A stretch of 63,438 bases of DNA, filler included, from Choristocarpus tenellus KU-1152 (Eukaryota; Protista; Phaeophyceae): NCBI GenBank assembly GCA_964200185.2. It is 12 parts of 12 records of this genome, joined end to end, with 100 filler letters (N's around TTAATTAATTAA, not from the genome) between each part and the next. Parts side by side here need not be neighbours in the genome. Positions count along the whole stretch, not along the records: positions 7,044 to 16,107 come from CAXNAD020004031.1; positions 16,208 to 18,715 come from CAXNAD020027220.1; positions 18,816 to 22,636 come from CAXNAD020017731.1; positions 22,737 to 26,782 come from CAXNAD020016498.1; 8 more parts are not named here. One strand, written 5' to 3'. A program made the translations under genes and the position numbers. Below, piece after piece: positions 12,317 through 25,752 of this stretch; position 1 is the first letter of the stretch; every line of letters begins with the position of its first letter. The notes under the pieces are model-generated. The model worked only from the letters and a program-made list of their open reading frames with translations. It was not told where the DNA came from and searched no databases.

Positions 12317-15300
12317 CCTCATAGTCAAGACATTGTACAACTCAGTCCCTCCTACCTCATCTCCTTTTCCCACTTCCACTGCCATATCTGCTCCTCTCTC
12401 TGTAGAATCTTCACCCAGAAAACCTCTCATCACCGGGGCCCCCTCCTCCTCCCCCTCTCCCCTGTCCTTCTCAGCTACATCTACCAGAGCCCCCTCCTCC
12501 AACATCCTTGCTCCTGCTGTCACCTGCTCTGCAGATCCAATGGGTGTTTTCCCTCCCCACATCTCCTCTCCCCCAGGGAGAAAATCTTCCCCAAACATAG
12601 CCCCCTCCCCCACTCCTGCCTCAGGAATCAGCTCTTTAGCCGGCCTACCCTCCTCCCTTCCCACTAAAACACTACATCCACCACTCAGCGACTTCCTACC
12701 CTTGCTCATGTTCCTCCTTGCCCTCTTCCTCTTTCCTCGGCCCTTTCCCTTAAGCAAATCAGCACTCCTTGGACGACACATTCGATCCGAAGGAGTGTTT
12801 GCAGCCACCCCAACCATCCTCCCATCTACGAATCCCCTCGGGGGGGTTGACATAACAGCAGTCAATGCTGGCAACGGCCGAGGCGGCCTAGGCGTTGATG
12901 GTGGCGCCAACACCTCCCTCCGATTTCCTCTTGGTGTCTGGAGGGACAGCAACTGAAAACCCGACCCCTGCCTTCGCTCACTGTCTGATGAAAGCCCACC
13001 CACAACTGTTTCACTGGCAATTGACTGTACATATGGTGCATCAGTGGTGACATGGGCAGAGACTTCGGTTTCATCTGTATCAGTATCAAGTGCCACAGAT
13101 GAAGAGGGAGTGAGGAATGTCTTCAGATTCCCTCCTATTGCAGGGGTGCTGGGAATAGTGACCCCAACAGGGGAAATAATTGGCACGGTGGTCATTGGTG
13201 GGGTTTGCATGCCTCGACCAATAGGCTGCATCTTCATATCACTTAACTTCAGCCCGCCACTCAATAGCTCATCCCCAACAACCTGTCCCAGATCCTGCCC
13301 CACCCCCTGCCCCTGCCCCTGCCCGACAGTGGCTGCAGAGAAAGGTGTTCCGGGTATTGTTTCTGATGACGGAGACCTGTTAGAGGAAAAAGATTTTTTG
13401 TTTGAGCCACCACTACGTAGTGGACTTTTCGCGACCACTGAAGGAAGGATTTCATTACCTTTTTCAACCCCCCCCCTCTCCTGCCTCCCCTCCCCTGGAC
13501 CATCAATCACCTCACCCTCTTCACCTGCTGAAGGTGGTGTGGGGGGGAGCAAGCTCGCTCGAACTCTTCTGATCACTCCTACCTTGCCTTCAAACAGGGA
13601 GTCTGATTCAATGTCCAAGGAAGTGGGACAAAGGGCCAGAGGTTGGCTCTTTTCCCTCCCCCCCCAAATGTCTGCCTCCCCTCGATGTGCCTGACCCTTT
13701 GATTTTTCCACCTCTTCTCCACGTTTATTCCTACCCCCTCTCTGCCCTGCCCCTTGCCCTTGTTCAACAGGAACATGGTTATGCCTTCGGCCCCCCCAAC
13801 CTTGCTCCTGCTCCCATGACTGTCCTGCTAGCCCCTGCCCTTCCCCCAAAGGTTCCTGTCCAGTTTTCTTGCTCTTATCTTTCAGCTTAGACCGCTGGTC
13901 AACAACTCGTACAACAGGAATCTGTCCCTGAGTCTGCCCAGTCAACATCTTCCGATCCAAGCCAGGGCTTCGTCCAAGGACCCGCACGGGATCAATGGCA
14001 CCAACCACTTGTGGCTGATGATTGTCTCCAAAAAACCTTGAACCCAGCAAAGCTATCCGTTCCACCTCCTGTACCCTGACTAGTTGGCGTGGGACTTCTC
14101 CCCGGTCTCTATTTTTTTCTGGTCCACCCCGACCTCTGATCCCTCCACCTCTCTTAAGACCACGCAAATACCTATTCCCAAACACAGACCCAGAAGAAAT
14201 AGTAATCACTTCATGACCCGGGGTCCCCACAAGTCGTAAACTCCGGCTCTTCACAAGTGAGGGTGAAGCTGGAGGCAACTCTTCACTCCTGCTACTTATC
14301 ACAGTTTTTCTCCTACCCTCACTCATGTATGCCCCACTGCCCTCCCTTGGGATCCTTCTGTGAGGAGGAGGAAGGGTCTCCTGAGTTGAAGCAGAGAGTC
14401 TCACCGGCAGTGACGTTGCAGAGGACACTGAGAATGTGGATGTGGGTGAGTGGCACAATGCAACTGGGCTGTCAAGCCTGCTCTCCTTGGGGGCAGGATC
14501 TGGAATGGCTTCAAGGACAGCCTTGATTTTGCCAAGCTGGTTGCTGCCAGTCGTGGTGGTACCATCTACTCTGTCACTGCAAGCACTGCTTCTGTTGTCA
14601 ACAACACTGGCATTGTCAGGAGCACTCAGAGCAGGCAATGAAGTGGTCTTGCCCCCTGTAACATGGTGACTGTGCACCATGGAAGGCAACGAGGGGGTGA
14701 TCAGCTTGCTCAATGGTGATTGCTTGCTGCTAGAACTTCGGGCAGAACCCATCCCCTTGCTGCTACCAGATGTAATGGAGTCCACAATTCGTGCCTTGGC
14801 ACCATTGGATGAGAAACCAACTCCACTCTGGCTGCTGGACCTAGAATCACTAGCGCTGCTGGTGAAACTGTTGTTGTCGCCCTTGCCAGGTCGATGTGCA
14901 ACACCTGGCACATGGTGACGCCTACCGCCCCAAGTCAATACTGCACCTGCAACATCCGGCTTGTCAACACCCTTCCCTATGCTGCCCCCACCGCCACTGC
15001 CACCTCCCCCAACACTTCCAGGCCCACCAACATCGCCTCCACTCTTACGTCGTGACAGGCTGAGAGCTGACACAGCTGCCTTTGCCCGCCTCTTCATGGA
15101 CATCACAGGGGCAAAATGCATCCGGTGTCTGCGTTGCCGGTCACGCCCACTGTCTCCACCCATAGTCACATCTTCACTTACAGCACTGCTACAAACGCCT
15201 TCTTCCTTCCCACAAGAACCAGAGTGGGACAAGGGTGCCTTCAAGGCAACAGTTGGAGACACTAATGGTGAATGGCTAGAGAGATCTTGTCTCTCCTCAC

Positions 15301-16030
15301 TCCCCCCTCCTGCCAGTTCCTCTCGTTGTCCTCGGTCTAAGGAAGAAAATGGCACCCCCGCCTCAAAAACCACTCCCACACCCCCCATCCCTACCCTTCC
15401 TCTAGTCTCCTCTTCAACCAAACTGCTTGACATCCTACTTGAGGGAGAGCTTTTATCACCTACGCCATGCACCAACATCCCACCATCACCATCCTTCATT
15501 CGCATGTGCTGGAAATGCGCCACTGAAACTCTTGAGGATGTACTTGATTCAGGGCGGACACTAGGAGGGTCCACCTTGGCAAAATGGTGTCCCCCCGTCA
15601 CCTCCCCTGGTACTTGCTGCTGTGCAGCTACATCAGCTACCCCTGCTGAAGCAACTGTCACCGATGCTCCACATGCCACTCCCTTAGCCAACCCAGCACC
15701 CCTTGTAGCCGATGAGCCAGCTGTCACAGCAGATGGAGTAGCAGCAGCAGGTGAGACTTTCACCACTGGCAGTGTTGCTGTAGCTATTACATCTCCCTCG
15801 GTTATCACTCCATCTCCACAACCCCACATAGGGTTGCACGAAGATGGGGAAGCAGCAGCTGAACACCCTGCTCTGATCTTTGGAGAGTCAGCCTGGAGCC
15901 GGGTTCCAGATATTGGTGTGGAGCGAAGCATTGCTGTTGGCCCTGGTGGCCCCCGTGCGCGCTCTTCTAATCGAAGTGCAGTACGAGGGATGACTATGAG
16001 CATAACCACTGTGTACACATCTGTCCATGC
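12317..16030 (-). CDS. Giant (~3.7 kb) internal exon encoding a G/S/P/R-rich low-complexity region
   Basis: Open frame of more than 1230 codons. Acceptor CTAG|GCA TGG ACA at 16030 and donor AGG|GTAGGG at 12317. Probable downstream phase-compatible exons are 11226-11164 (TTGIRVSGYAYHISTDKNGFR) and 10451-10357 (VYSRFDSHMLWGPDFTKKSEIVTDISCKGVN). Confidence 0.8.
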
Positions 16031-16241
16031 CTAGTATGGGACACATAAAGAGGTAGGCAAATAGGTGCAGGTGCAGTGAGACAGGTTGGGAGGGGGGGGG
16101 TGGGTGGNNNNNNNNNNNNNNNNNNNNNNNNNNNNNNNNNNNNNNNNNNNNTTAATTAATTAANNNNNNNNNNNNNNNNNNNNNNNNNNNNNNNNNNNNN
16201 NNNNNNNCCCCCCTCCCCTCCCCTCCCTTCTCAATGTGCAG

Positions 16242-18364
16242 GCAAGTACATCAAGTTGCAGTATGCCTCCACATGGAGGCTGAAGGGTGCGAGGACGCTG
16301 CCCTTCCTCTTGGAGAAGAGCAGGCTAGTGCACCAGGAGAAGGATGAAAGAAATTACCATGTATTTTACCAAATGTGTAAGGGGGTGAGTACTGTTATCA
16401 TTATCATAATGATGATGATAATAATATTAATGGTCAAGATATTTTATGTTTTATTTTTACTGTTTTGCTACTGTAGAGTTAGGTATGTTGCTGGATGTAC
16501 GGTGTTTAGTGTGGTGGCTCCTTTAGGTGTAGCTAATGTGGACTGGACGGCTGTGTCGCTCAAGCACTAGTGCTGCCTACCTAGATTTTCTTAGGCAGGG
16601 GCAGGGAAGGGGGAATATATGAAGAATCCGATTTTGTCTTTGTATGTGTCCTCGCTCGTGAGTGTGTTGAAGGGTCTGAGATATTGAGCAGGGAGGTGAG
16701 GGGGGAGGGGGGAGAGGGGGGCTACTCGTATGTGATAATGCTAAAATGTATAGTGTAACCCTAACCCTAGATGGAATATGTGATAGCAGCCTTACAAGGT
16801 GAGACCGGGGTATCCCAAGCGATGGCGGAACTTTGTGCAAGACATGTGCAGCATGGGGGTTTATCTTTTTGATGGGGAAAGATAAAATGAAGGGTTAGGG
16901 GCTGTGAATATATAGATTTTTTTTTTAGTCTTTTTTTTTGTGAACTGAACCAATCGACTCAAAAGCAGATTGGGTTGGTAGGATGCTGTCTGACCTAACT
17001 GGCTTTACAGTGTATGTCTCACCTTGGTATGGTGTTTCACAGGTGATACTATTTTGTCCATTGTTGTTGTACTATTTGAGAAGTAAGGTTTTTGTATGTA
17101 CACACTTGGGGTACAATGCAAGTCTTCCATTGTAAAAGTAAGAACTTGAATTGTGTTGGATTTTGGATTTTTGAGTGTGGAATATCTGGGAGAGTAATTG
17201 CCGTATGACCTCTTCTGTGTGGGTACTCTGCTTTATTTTTGCACGCATGTGATACTTGTATGTTTGCATGTTTGTGAAGAGCACTTCACTGTTGTCCTAA
17301 GCAATAATAGTGCCAACCTGTGGATGTTTGGGGGGGTACAGTTGCCAGAGGAGTTACGCGAGGAGTTCAAGTTGGGAGAGGCGGTGGAATATGAGATGCT
17401 CAGTCATGGTGGCAACTTTCTTCAGAGTGAAGAGGTGATCGACGAGGCAGAGGCGCTATGAGGCAGATAGGAACAATCAAGAATTGTTTTGTGACTTATT
17501 TTGTGAATGGTTTTATGAATTGTTTTGTTACTTATTTTGTGAACGGTTTTATGAATTGTTTTGGGAAATGTCACTACAAATGTTTGGTGTTTTCATCAGA
17601 CCCATTCACTATCGACCCTTTCCCCTCCCATTTACCCGCCGTTATCCTTTGTACCTTTATCGGGTGTACCTTTATCAGACTTGGTTGCTTCTCTCGCAGT
17701 ACGCAAATAACTTTTTTTATTTAATGGGAACAATTTTTGTTTGCTCTGTCCCTCCCGCTCCCCTCATCCTAACAATCATATACACACAGGCCTTATCAAC
17801 CCTCTACAAAAGCATCCTAACTGCTAGTGCTGCCCCACTACTGTAAGATTGATGCCTTCTTCGTGACCACATTGGGGTTAAGGTTAGGGTTAGGTCCCAA
17901 CAACTTGAGATGGAGCCTGACTGGAGGCCGGAGTCTGTGTGAATGAGAAGTTTGTGCTCAGAAAACAGTCATGCAGATGTTTTTGCTCTGCAATGAGTTA
18001 TCTCTTGTCTCTTTTGATCCTACTATTCCCATTTCACATCCTCTGTAATTAAAAATATAGTGTTTGGGGTAGATGATAATCTTATGTGAATTGGGATTGA
18101 AGCCTTGGTCCTCCAACCTTTCCTACCATGGTATTTCTGTTTGTGTTGATGTGACTATTATTGATTTGATTTGATTTGATTTGATGGGACTGGACGTGAT
18201 GTGATGTGATGTGATGTGATGTGATGTGATGTAACTGTAAGGTGGATGACGCTGAAGAGTTTCGTACCCTGAACAAAGCCCTGGATGTGCTGGGCCTGAC
18301 AGAGGAGCAACAAAGTGGGTTGTGGAGGGTGCTTTCAGCGCTGCTGCACTTGGGAAACATTATG
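16242..18364 (+). CDS. Myosin motor domain, three internal exons (16242-16384, 17342-17434, 18242-18364)
   Basis: GKYIKLQY…GARTLPFLLEKSRLVHQEKDERNYHVFYQMCKG | LPEELREEFKL…YEML | VDDAEEFRTLNKALDVLGL…LWRVLSALLHLGNI are classic myosin head motifs, and exon phases are compatible. Confidence 0.95.
17481..17562. repeat. 36-bp intronic minisatellite (~2.3 units)
   Basis: GAATTGTTTTGT.ACTTATTTTGTGAA.GGTTTTAT repeated. Confidence 0.85.
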
Positions 18365-18818
18365 GTGGGTTTGTCAAGTTGAGAAGAGTGGGGAAGAGGG
18401 GAGGGATTGCTGTTGTGTTTGGTGACTGTTGTCTTTGTCTCGGGGGTTGTTCGTAGGTACCACAGGTATTGTTGTTGCAGGTGTGGTATGTGGATTGTAC
18501 AAAGTAACTGGAGGTGCTGTACTATGATGTTGTTGATGGTCTGGGTTTATGGCTATTTTATCATAGGGTTAAGAACTTTGGAAGTTGGAGAATTGGTGAG
18601 TTGTGTGTGCAAGGTCGTGTGATTTGTGTTATGTCACCATGTTGTCTTTTGTGATATGTCCAAGTCCTAACCCCCCCCCCCAAAGTGTGTTTAAAGTGTG
18701 TTGTCTCTTTAAGGCNNNNNNNNNNNNNNNNNNNNNNNNNNNNNNNNNNNNNNNNNNNNTTAATTAATTAANNNNNNNNNNNNNNNNNNNNNNNNNNNNN
18801 NNNNNNNNNNNNNNNCAG

Positions 18819-21504
18819 GATACTACTCGATTCTACGGGGCGTGTGTAACCTCTGCTATCCTTCACCTGCATGATGAAGGTCTCATCCATCGCAGGGTGA
18901 CCCCCCATTGCGTCTACATCACTGATGACGGATACGCACAGCTGGCCGACCTCAGCTATGCAAAAAAAATGGAGGGTGAAAAGGTACTGAATGCATTGAC
19001 AAAATTGTGGGGGGTCTGGATGAATGGGACGTTTACCTTGCCTGAGTCAGCCTGCACTGTGAGCACCAGTCACTCCTCTACCTTCCACTACTGACTTTGA
19101 CATGCGAAAGTTGACAACAGTAGAGGCATTGATTATCCTTTTGTCATGGCCCCTCTTTACCAAGGTGTGGTAATCACTTTTCAATTGGTGCTCTAACCTG
19201 TGTCACTAACTTGGCAGGCATACACGATGATAGGGGACCCACACTACCTGTCCCCAGAACAAGTTTCTGGGCAAGGGTACGGGTTTGGAGTGGACCATTG
19301 GGCACTCGGTATTCTATTGTATGAAATGGTTCACCTTCATACACCGTCTGCGTCTGAGACAAGCGAAACCATGGTAAGATGTTAAATGTGGGAGATACAT
19401 TGCTTCACTGCCCACTCTTAAGAGGCCACTATGATCCTAACACACCACCCTAGCATAAGGGACATCTCACTACCTTCATCCTGGCAACAGGGGACAGAAG
19501 TATATCATCCTCAATATTACTCCAAGGACCGAGCATCGGCTACACTGCACTGTATATGACAAGGCTAGACACCAAGTATTCATGTCCTTTTCGCACACAC
19601 AGAGGTTCAAGGAGTAGAAATCTACATGCTTGTGTCCTCCATTCTTAGGATTTAATCTGATATCCACACCCCATTTCGCAGTACAATAAGTGTGAAGCAA
19701 CTTGACAAAAGTTGACCCTGCTGCACGCCCCTTGTTCTTAGAGGTATGATACGATGCTTGCTTGTAAATCTCTCTAAGAATATGGTGTACAGCATGAAAC
19801 GGACCATATGAGTATGAAGAATGTGTACCTCTCCAATAACAGCAATGTCTCTATATTTGGACTGTCAAATACTCAGGTTTACAAGAGCATCACCTGCTTT
19901 GAGCCTGAAAACCTCGAGTTCTTGAGTCAAGCATCTCCACATTTCATAGAAATTACCCGGGAGCTGCTGGCGGTAAGTACAACTATCCACACCATTCAAG
20001 GTCCTCTTGAGCATGAACTGAGAATGTTTTGACTTGGGTAGTTCGAAAAACTACAAAACTGTCGTGGTGTGAACTTGCTCCATAGTGCGCTCCAGAGCAG
20101 CAAGGTTCCCCTCCAAGTGGTTATCATTATTCTATCACTAAGTTTTCCTTCCTATTCCCCTAGAAAAATATGCTACCCAGAGCCTAAGATGGAATAAATT
20201 CGTTTGAATAATGACAATGAGAACGACACTCAAATAGGCTGCCTGTATATTGAGAAAGGCATTTTTTTAAACTCCCATCCATACCCAGAGATAATTCTTT
20301 CGTTTGGGTCAATGGGGTCGGATCTTTCCCTGCTACACAAAGAGCTGACTCTTTATTGGAAGGGACTCTGGTAGTGCCGAGTGCCTTCAGTATAAAATGA
20401 TTTAAGTGGTCAGCTTCACTTATATCACCCCTGCATATCCTTGAAGCAAGGTGAAAGCGGAAATATAATAAGCTGGGAATTAGTCCAGTGTGTGCTTGCT
20501 TGGCTTTATTTTTTACAATGTTTGTGCACTAACCCCAACCCTATCTACGGCAGCGCATTACATCAAGTCGCGAGTCTTGCTCCGAAAATGCTCAGAAGGT
20601 CTTATTAGTCCACCTTGAGTTCCCTAACCCTATGGTAACTTTTTTACGTGCCAAAATAACAGCCAAAGGCAGAGAACCGCCTTGGCAGTTCTGGAAGCCG
20701 GGAAATCCTTGGTCACACATTTTTCGAGGGCATGAGCTGGGAACGGCTGGAGGGTGGAGCTTTGCCAGTGAGTATAGTATCTAAAATCCTAACCCTAATC
20801 CAAACTTAATTGCACGACTCATGAATGCTCCTATCTGCTCTTGGACTCCAAACCACCATTTGCGCCAAGGGCCAGGGTTAGCTGTGGCACTCTAAAGTAC
20901 CACAGACAATATTGGAGCCAGCAGTATAAACTACTTCTCTTGCTGGTGGATCACTGCAATGCACTTTTTCTTCTGCTTAGGGAGGTTGAGTTTTGTGTGT
21001 GTATGATAGTAGTTTGCCTGAGTCAATGTGAACTTGAAGCTGTTGCTGTGACAACGCTCAACCTTTTCGTGAGCACAGAAAACTGCCTTACTACATCAGG
21101 TATCGCAGGACCTTGTAGAGTCTCTTCAGTGCCATCCAAGCCACTCACAGCTGATTGAAAAAACTCCAAGAATGTCGATCTTGGAAAGTTCTATTGCCTA
21201 AGAAGCAACCCCCTGTACAATACACATCTCCAAAGAGCCGTTAGTAGAAGAAAGAGAAAGTTCCACTGTTGTGGTAGTTCCACTGTTGTGGTAGTTCTAC
21301 ATTAGACCACTGTCTATGCCCATCACATCTATAGAGTCTGCTACTTAAGTGCAACGCATCTTCAATGTCGCCCCATGCACTGTACAGGCACCCCTGCACG
21401 GACATGATGTCATTGCCCTTGCTGGTGAACGATCAGAAGCAGTGTTTGGGGAAGAGATAGCGGAATCCACAAGCGACATTGATGAAATATTTGCTTGCTT
21501 CTAG
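18819..21504 (+). CDS. AGC (PKA/PKG-like) kinase-fold protein, C-terminal five exons; catalytically degenerate
   Basis: Exons 18819-18983, 19218-19373, 19877-19972, 20663-20767 and 21388-21504 are all phase 0 GT-AG. They read RFYGACVTSAILHLHDEGLIHRRVTPHCVYITDDGYAQLADLSYAKK…YTMIGDPHYLSPEQVSGQGYGFGVDHWALGILLYEM…ENRLG…HTFFEGMSW…EIFACF*. Confidence 0.9.
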
Positions 21505-22576
21505 CTGCTAGCTGAAGTTTCTCCAGGAAGTGAAAGGTTGCTCAAATTTTTAGGGCAGTCAAACTCCGTAGAGTAGATTAAGGGTAGCATTTTTAATCGA
21601 TGGTAAGATAGGGGATTGTTCATCCTAGTACTATTTACGACCTAGAGGATGGTGAATTGTCTGTGGAATAGCAGAAGTCGATCAATCAGCACAGTTCACA
21701 TGGTCCATTTTTTCAAACCCAGAATTGATATGCGGAAGATGCATCCATGTAACATACATAAACAGCCTTCAACTCTCATGGGGAGGGCAACCACACTATA
21801 TGAGGAAAAAATGTCTGGACAATGTATGGGTCATTGTTACAGAAGTGTCCAAATATCCTAATCTTTTGTTTGTGCTTGCTACTATTAGTTTGGTATAATA
21901 TCAGCACATGTTTGGAATTATACTTTGGACTATATTCAGCCCCTGACACATTCTCGACATAGATGGGTAAGTCAGAAGTTGAGAAATATATTTCTAATAT
22001 ACACTCCGACAAGTGTCCCTTCCCACTATTCACCTCTTTGATATGGTCACCACAAAATCCCTGATGCTGATGCAACATTTCTTACTTAATATTCATTTCC
22101 CACAAACATATACTATTACTTTCATGTGTGGGTTTGATCCAGGCTCATTCCACACTCTCATACAACTCTACTGGGAATACACTACTGTGGAGAACTAACG
22201 CTCATGGCACCTACCAGAGCAACATACAACGTGCAACACACACGAACGAGCATGCATGCCATCCCAAGCACGAAAAAAACCGCTTCAATCAACTACAAGT
22301 TGCTCAGGGCCATTTAACACTACTATTGCACAAACGAGACATTATAGTGCTCAATGCTAGCATTGCCCGGAGTGCTTGATCAAGTCTAGCCTTAAAAATC
22401 CGCTAAACCAGTACGACTCTCAACCTTTCTCACTTTAATGCCTCAGCTATCATTAGCAACATGTCAATGTTCTGGGTCAACGCTTCAACCATAGTATCAT
22501 CGGAAAGACTGTGCAGATTGTTTGGAGGTGGGTGCTTAGCTACATTAAGATATTAGTTTTTTAAAACTGGAACTAA

Positions 22577-22636
22577 CAGGGGATTCGCAAAATTGAGGAT
22601 GGAGCGGGACTATGAGGATGGTTATTTTGCGAAAAC
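22577..22636 (+). mobile_element. Terminus of a dispersed CAGGGG-ended element
   Basis: The reverse complement matches 44374-44417 (CATCCTCATAG.CCCGC.CC.TCCTCAATTTTG.G.ATCCCCTG). Both copies are preceded by TAA. Confidence 0.6.
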
Positions 22637-22753
22637 NNNNNNNNNNNNNNNNNNNNNNNNNNNNNNNNNNNNNNNNNNNNTTAATTAATTAANNNNNNNN
22701 NNNNNNNNNNNNNNNNNNNNNNNNNNNNNNNNNNNNAAAAAAAAAAAGGAGGG

Positions 22754-22789
<36 letters not shown>

Positions 22790-23856
22790 AGGATTTAACG
22801 GCAGTAATAGGAATAGAGTTGCAATATTTGACTCTTATCTGTTCACATTGTGCTAACAACACAAAAAAAATACTTGAAAAAAAATTCTACAACTGATTTT
22901 TAAATTCGGTTTACACACACGCACAGGCAACTAAAAAATTTTCAGCAAAATAAAAAAAAAGTTTCACAAACGAGCGAGAACAAAAAATAAATGTGTACAA
23001 TTTTTTTTTCTTTTTAAATATTTACTGCGTGTCTTAAGGATTTTAGTACAAAAACCCCTAGTGAAATAAAAAAAATAACACAGATCTGAGGACGATTTTG
23101 GTTGATTAACTGAAGGACATATCCGCACCGCCAGCAGCACCTCAATATTGTTTTTGTTTTTTTTCCTCATATGTAGAAAAAAACAAACAAGCAGATTTTT
23201 GATTGAAACCTCGAGCGATTAAAAAATTGACCCCGATTCTGTTCCGAAATCAGAAAGGCATGTGAAAAAATGAAACCATGGAGACAAACGAGATCAGATT
23301 TTGCGATACTTTTTTGTTTTGTTTTAAAAACAGTTATTAAAAAAAATATATATATATTGAGCGGTTGGTTTTTCGGGGAGGTCTGAAGCACCCCCAGATT
23401 GCTGTGTGCATGAGGTCTTTCTTTTCTAGCACACGTGACAAGAAAAAGCCCATGCTTCAAAACCCAATGGCAAGGGAGAGGGGGGGAAGGGGGGCGGGGG
23501 GGCGGGGTCTTTTGCAGTCCAGATTCCCAGATCCCGGGACTCCTTGATCTTGAAGTAAAATCATGGCAGAAGAGGACAACACTCGGCACTGGTGTGTGCT
23601 ACTTCCCAGAAACCCACTGCAGGCTGATAGTACTCAATACAAGGGGCGAAGAGAGGAGCTTAAATCAAACGCAAAGGGTGGTACAGTGGGTGGCATTGTG
23701 CAAGAAAAAAGTTGACTGAAATATTACGATACTGTGAGTACGTATGGCATAAAACGTAGCTAGGATCAAAATTCATAAAGCATAAAACCAATCACAAACA
23801 CTGTCGTACTCTGATTTCTCACAGTCACCGAAAACTTGGCTTGGGAACTTGTGCAA

Positions 23857-24120
23857 GAGTCAAAGTATCTTATAGAGGGTAGAGCCACGTCCATTTGGGG
23901 GGTCAAAATCCAATGTTGCGATTTTGATGTAATTTTGGCCATCGTGTTTGTTAGGAAGTGTCCATAGCCATGTTCTGGACACAACCTTTCATTAACGTAT
24001 ACATTTTACCTACTCTGAACCATTTTGGGGTAGGAAAATGCCATTAAAAAAAAACATGGGAAGTCAAGCCCCAAATGGACAAACAGATCAAAACTCGTAC
24101 CCTCTAAGATGCTTCTGCTC
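23857..24120 (+). mobile_element. ~260-bp MITE, family A (Sola2-like termini)
   Basis: GAGTCAAAGTATCTTA(TA)GAGGGTA … TACCCTCTAAGATGCTTCTGCTC. Internal sequence is shared with the copies at 39078, 60080, 63125 and 63378. Confidence 0.9.
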
Positions 24121-24454
24121 TATGTAGTCTCGGGTAGAGGGCGGTGGGCAGCCTGGCCCTGCCCTTGAAACACCCCTTGCTTTCGAGACCCTTTAAATAA
24201 TAATAACTATGTATCAATAATAATAATAATAATAGTAATAATAATAGTATTCACTGTAGAGCAATACCAATCACTACGACCGCTACTACTACTGCGTGCA
24301 AACAGAAAGCAAGAGTGAATGTAGTGCCTCCTCAAAAAAGTGTTAACAACAAGTCTCTTCCCAACTCACGTCACTCCAGCGCCAGGCACGCCCCGCAAGG
24401 CAAGGGCAGAATGAGAAGAAGAGGACCTCGTGCGGCCTTGGCCTCTGACCCGCT

Positions 24455-24752
24455 GGACAGGACAGGACAGGACAGGACAGGACAGGACAGGACAGGACAG
24501 GCCACACCGCACGCATAGGGTCATCAAAATATCAAACAGCAGTAGTGGTGGTGGTGGTGGTGGTGGTGGTGGTGGTGGTGGTGGTGGTGGTGGTGGTGGT
24601 GGTGGTGGTGGTGGTGGTGGTAAGCAGGGTTGTTGTTGAGGTGGCGTGGTACAGGAGTCAAAATCCGACGGGGAGGAAGGCAGGTTTGGGCCCCCCTCCC
24701 TCTTTTTGGTTGCTGTAAATGTTACGTTTTTTTATATTATTTTAAATGTTAT

Positions 24753-24828
<76 letters not shown>
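24455..24828. repeat. Microsatellite cluster: (GACAG)n, (GGT)n, poly-T
   Basis: Directly visible at ~24455-24500, 24545-24621 and 24754-24828. Confidence 0.95.
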
Positions 24829-25544
24829 CGGATATTATTTTCCAAAAAGACCATCTTTCCTACCCCGGTGTGCAATACACGATATATTTTTATTCCATAA
24901 TTATTCTAATTTCGTTCTTTTTCATTCCATTTTCATTCTATTTCCATTCCGTTTCATTCCATATCATTCATTTCTTCTGTGTCCCTGAAATAGTGCACAC
25001 AAAAGTCGAGACATTCCCCCATTCATTCCACGCACACCAAGTGACGTCACAATTCTAAAAAAAAAGAAAAGAGCTCTCTCTCTGCAATTGTACAAAAATT
25101 ACATCTGTTTTGTACCCTTTCTCAGGATCCTTGAAATCCAATCCTGCCCAAGCCTCTCTCCATTGGTTTCGCCCGGAGAAGTGGTTTCACAAGAAGAGTT
25201 TTACCACCAGGAGGCGGTGGGAGAGGGCGTAGGGTAATGAATAACTATTGGTCTCTCGCCAACTGCGAGGCACTGAAAATGTCTGAGGGCTTTTCATCAG
25301 GCCGGGCAAATGGCAAAGGGACCAGTCCGGAGACTTGACCCGTTACATTTTTTTTTCTTCTGACTTGTCCAGACCACGCTGGCCCGGTCCAATCTCAACT
25401 AGTAAGATCATAATGACGGAACCCTATGTGGTTGGAGGTACACACACGCGCGCGCGCGCGTACACACACATATATAAATATATATATAAAACAAAGATAT
25501 TCCCACATAAATTCGGGAAGATTCAAGGGGTCGAACCGACATAC

Positions 25545-25721
25545 GTTAACTGGGCTGGTCCGGTAAAAACACCCTTCTCATCCATGGCAGTCACCGGTTT
25601 CAACATTGCCAAACTGCGGACCGGCCTGGTACTAGTGTGTTCTAATAGGGTAGAACCGTGCCATGCCATGCTTAACTGCCCGGACCTACGAAAACAAAAG
25701 CTCTGCAAAATTGAACTTTTC

Positions 25722-25752
<31 letters not shown>

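Noticed and set aside
12009-16034. Long plus-strand ORFs (315, 216, 357 aa) as overlapping genes
   Set aside because: They are antisense shadows of the low-complexity minus-strand exon, with no domain signal.
21900-22560. LINE or mariner remnant downstream of the kinase gene
   Set aside because: Only marginal motif similarity, so it cannot be assigned.
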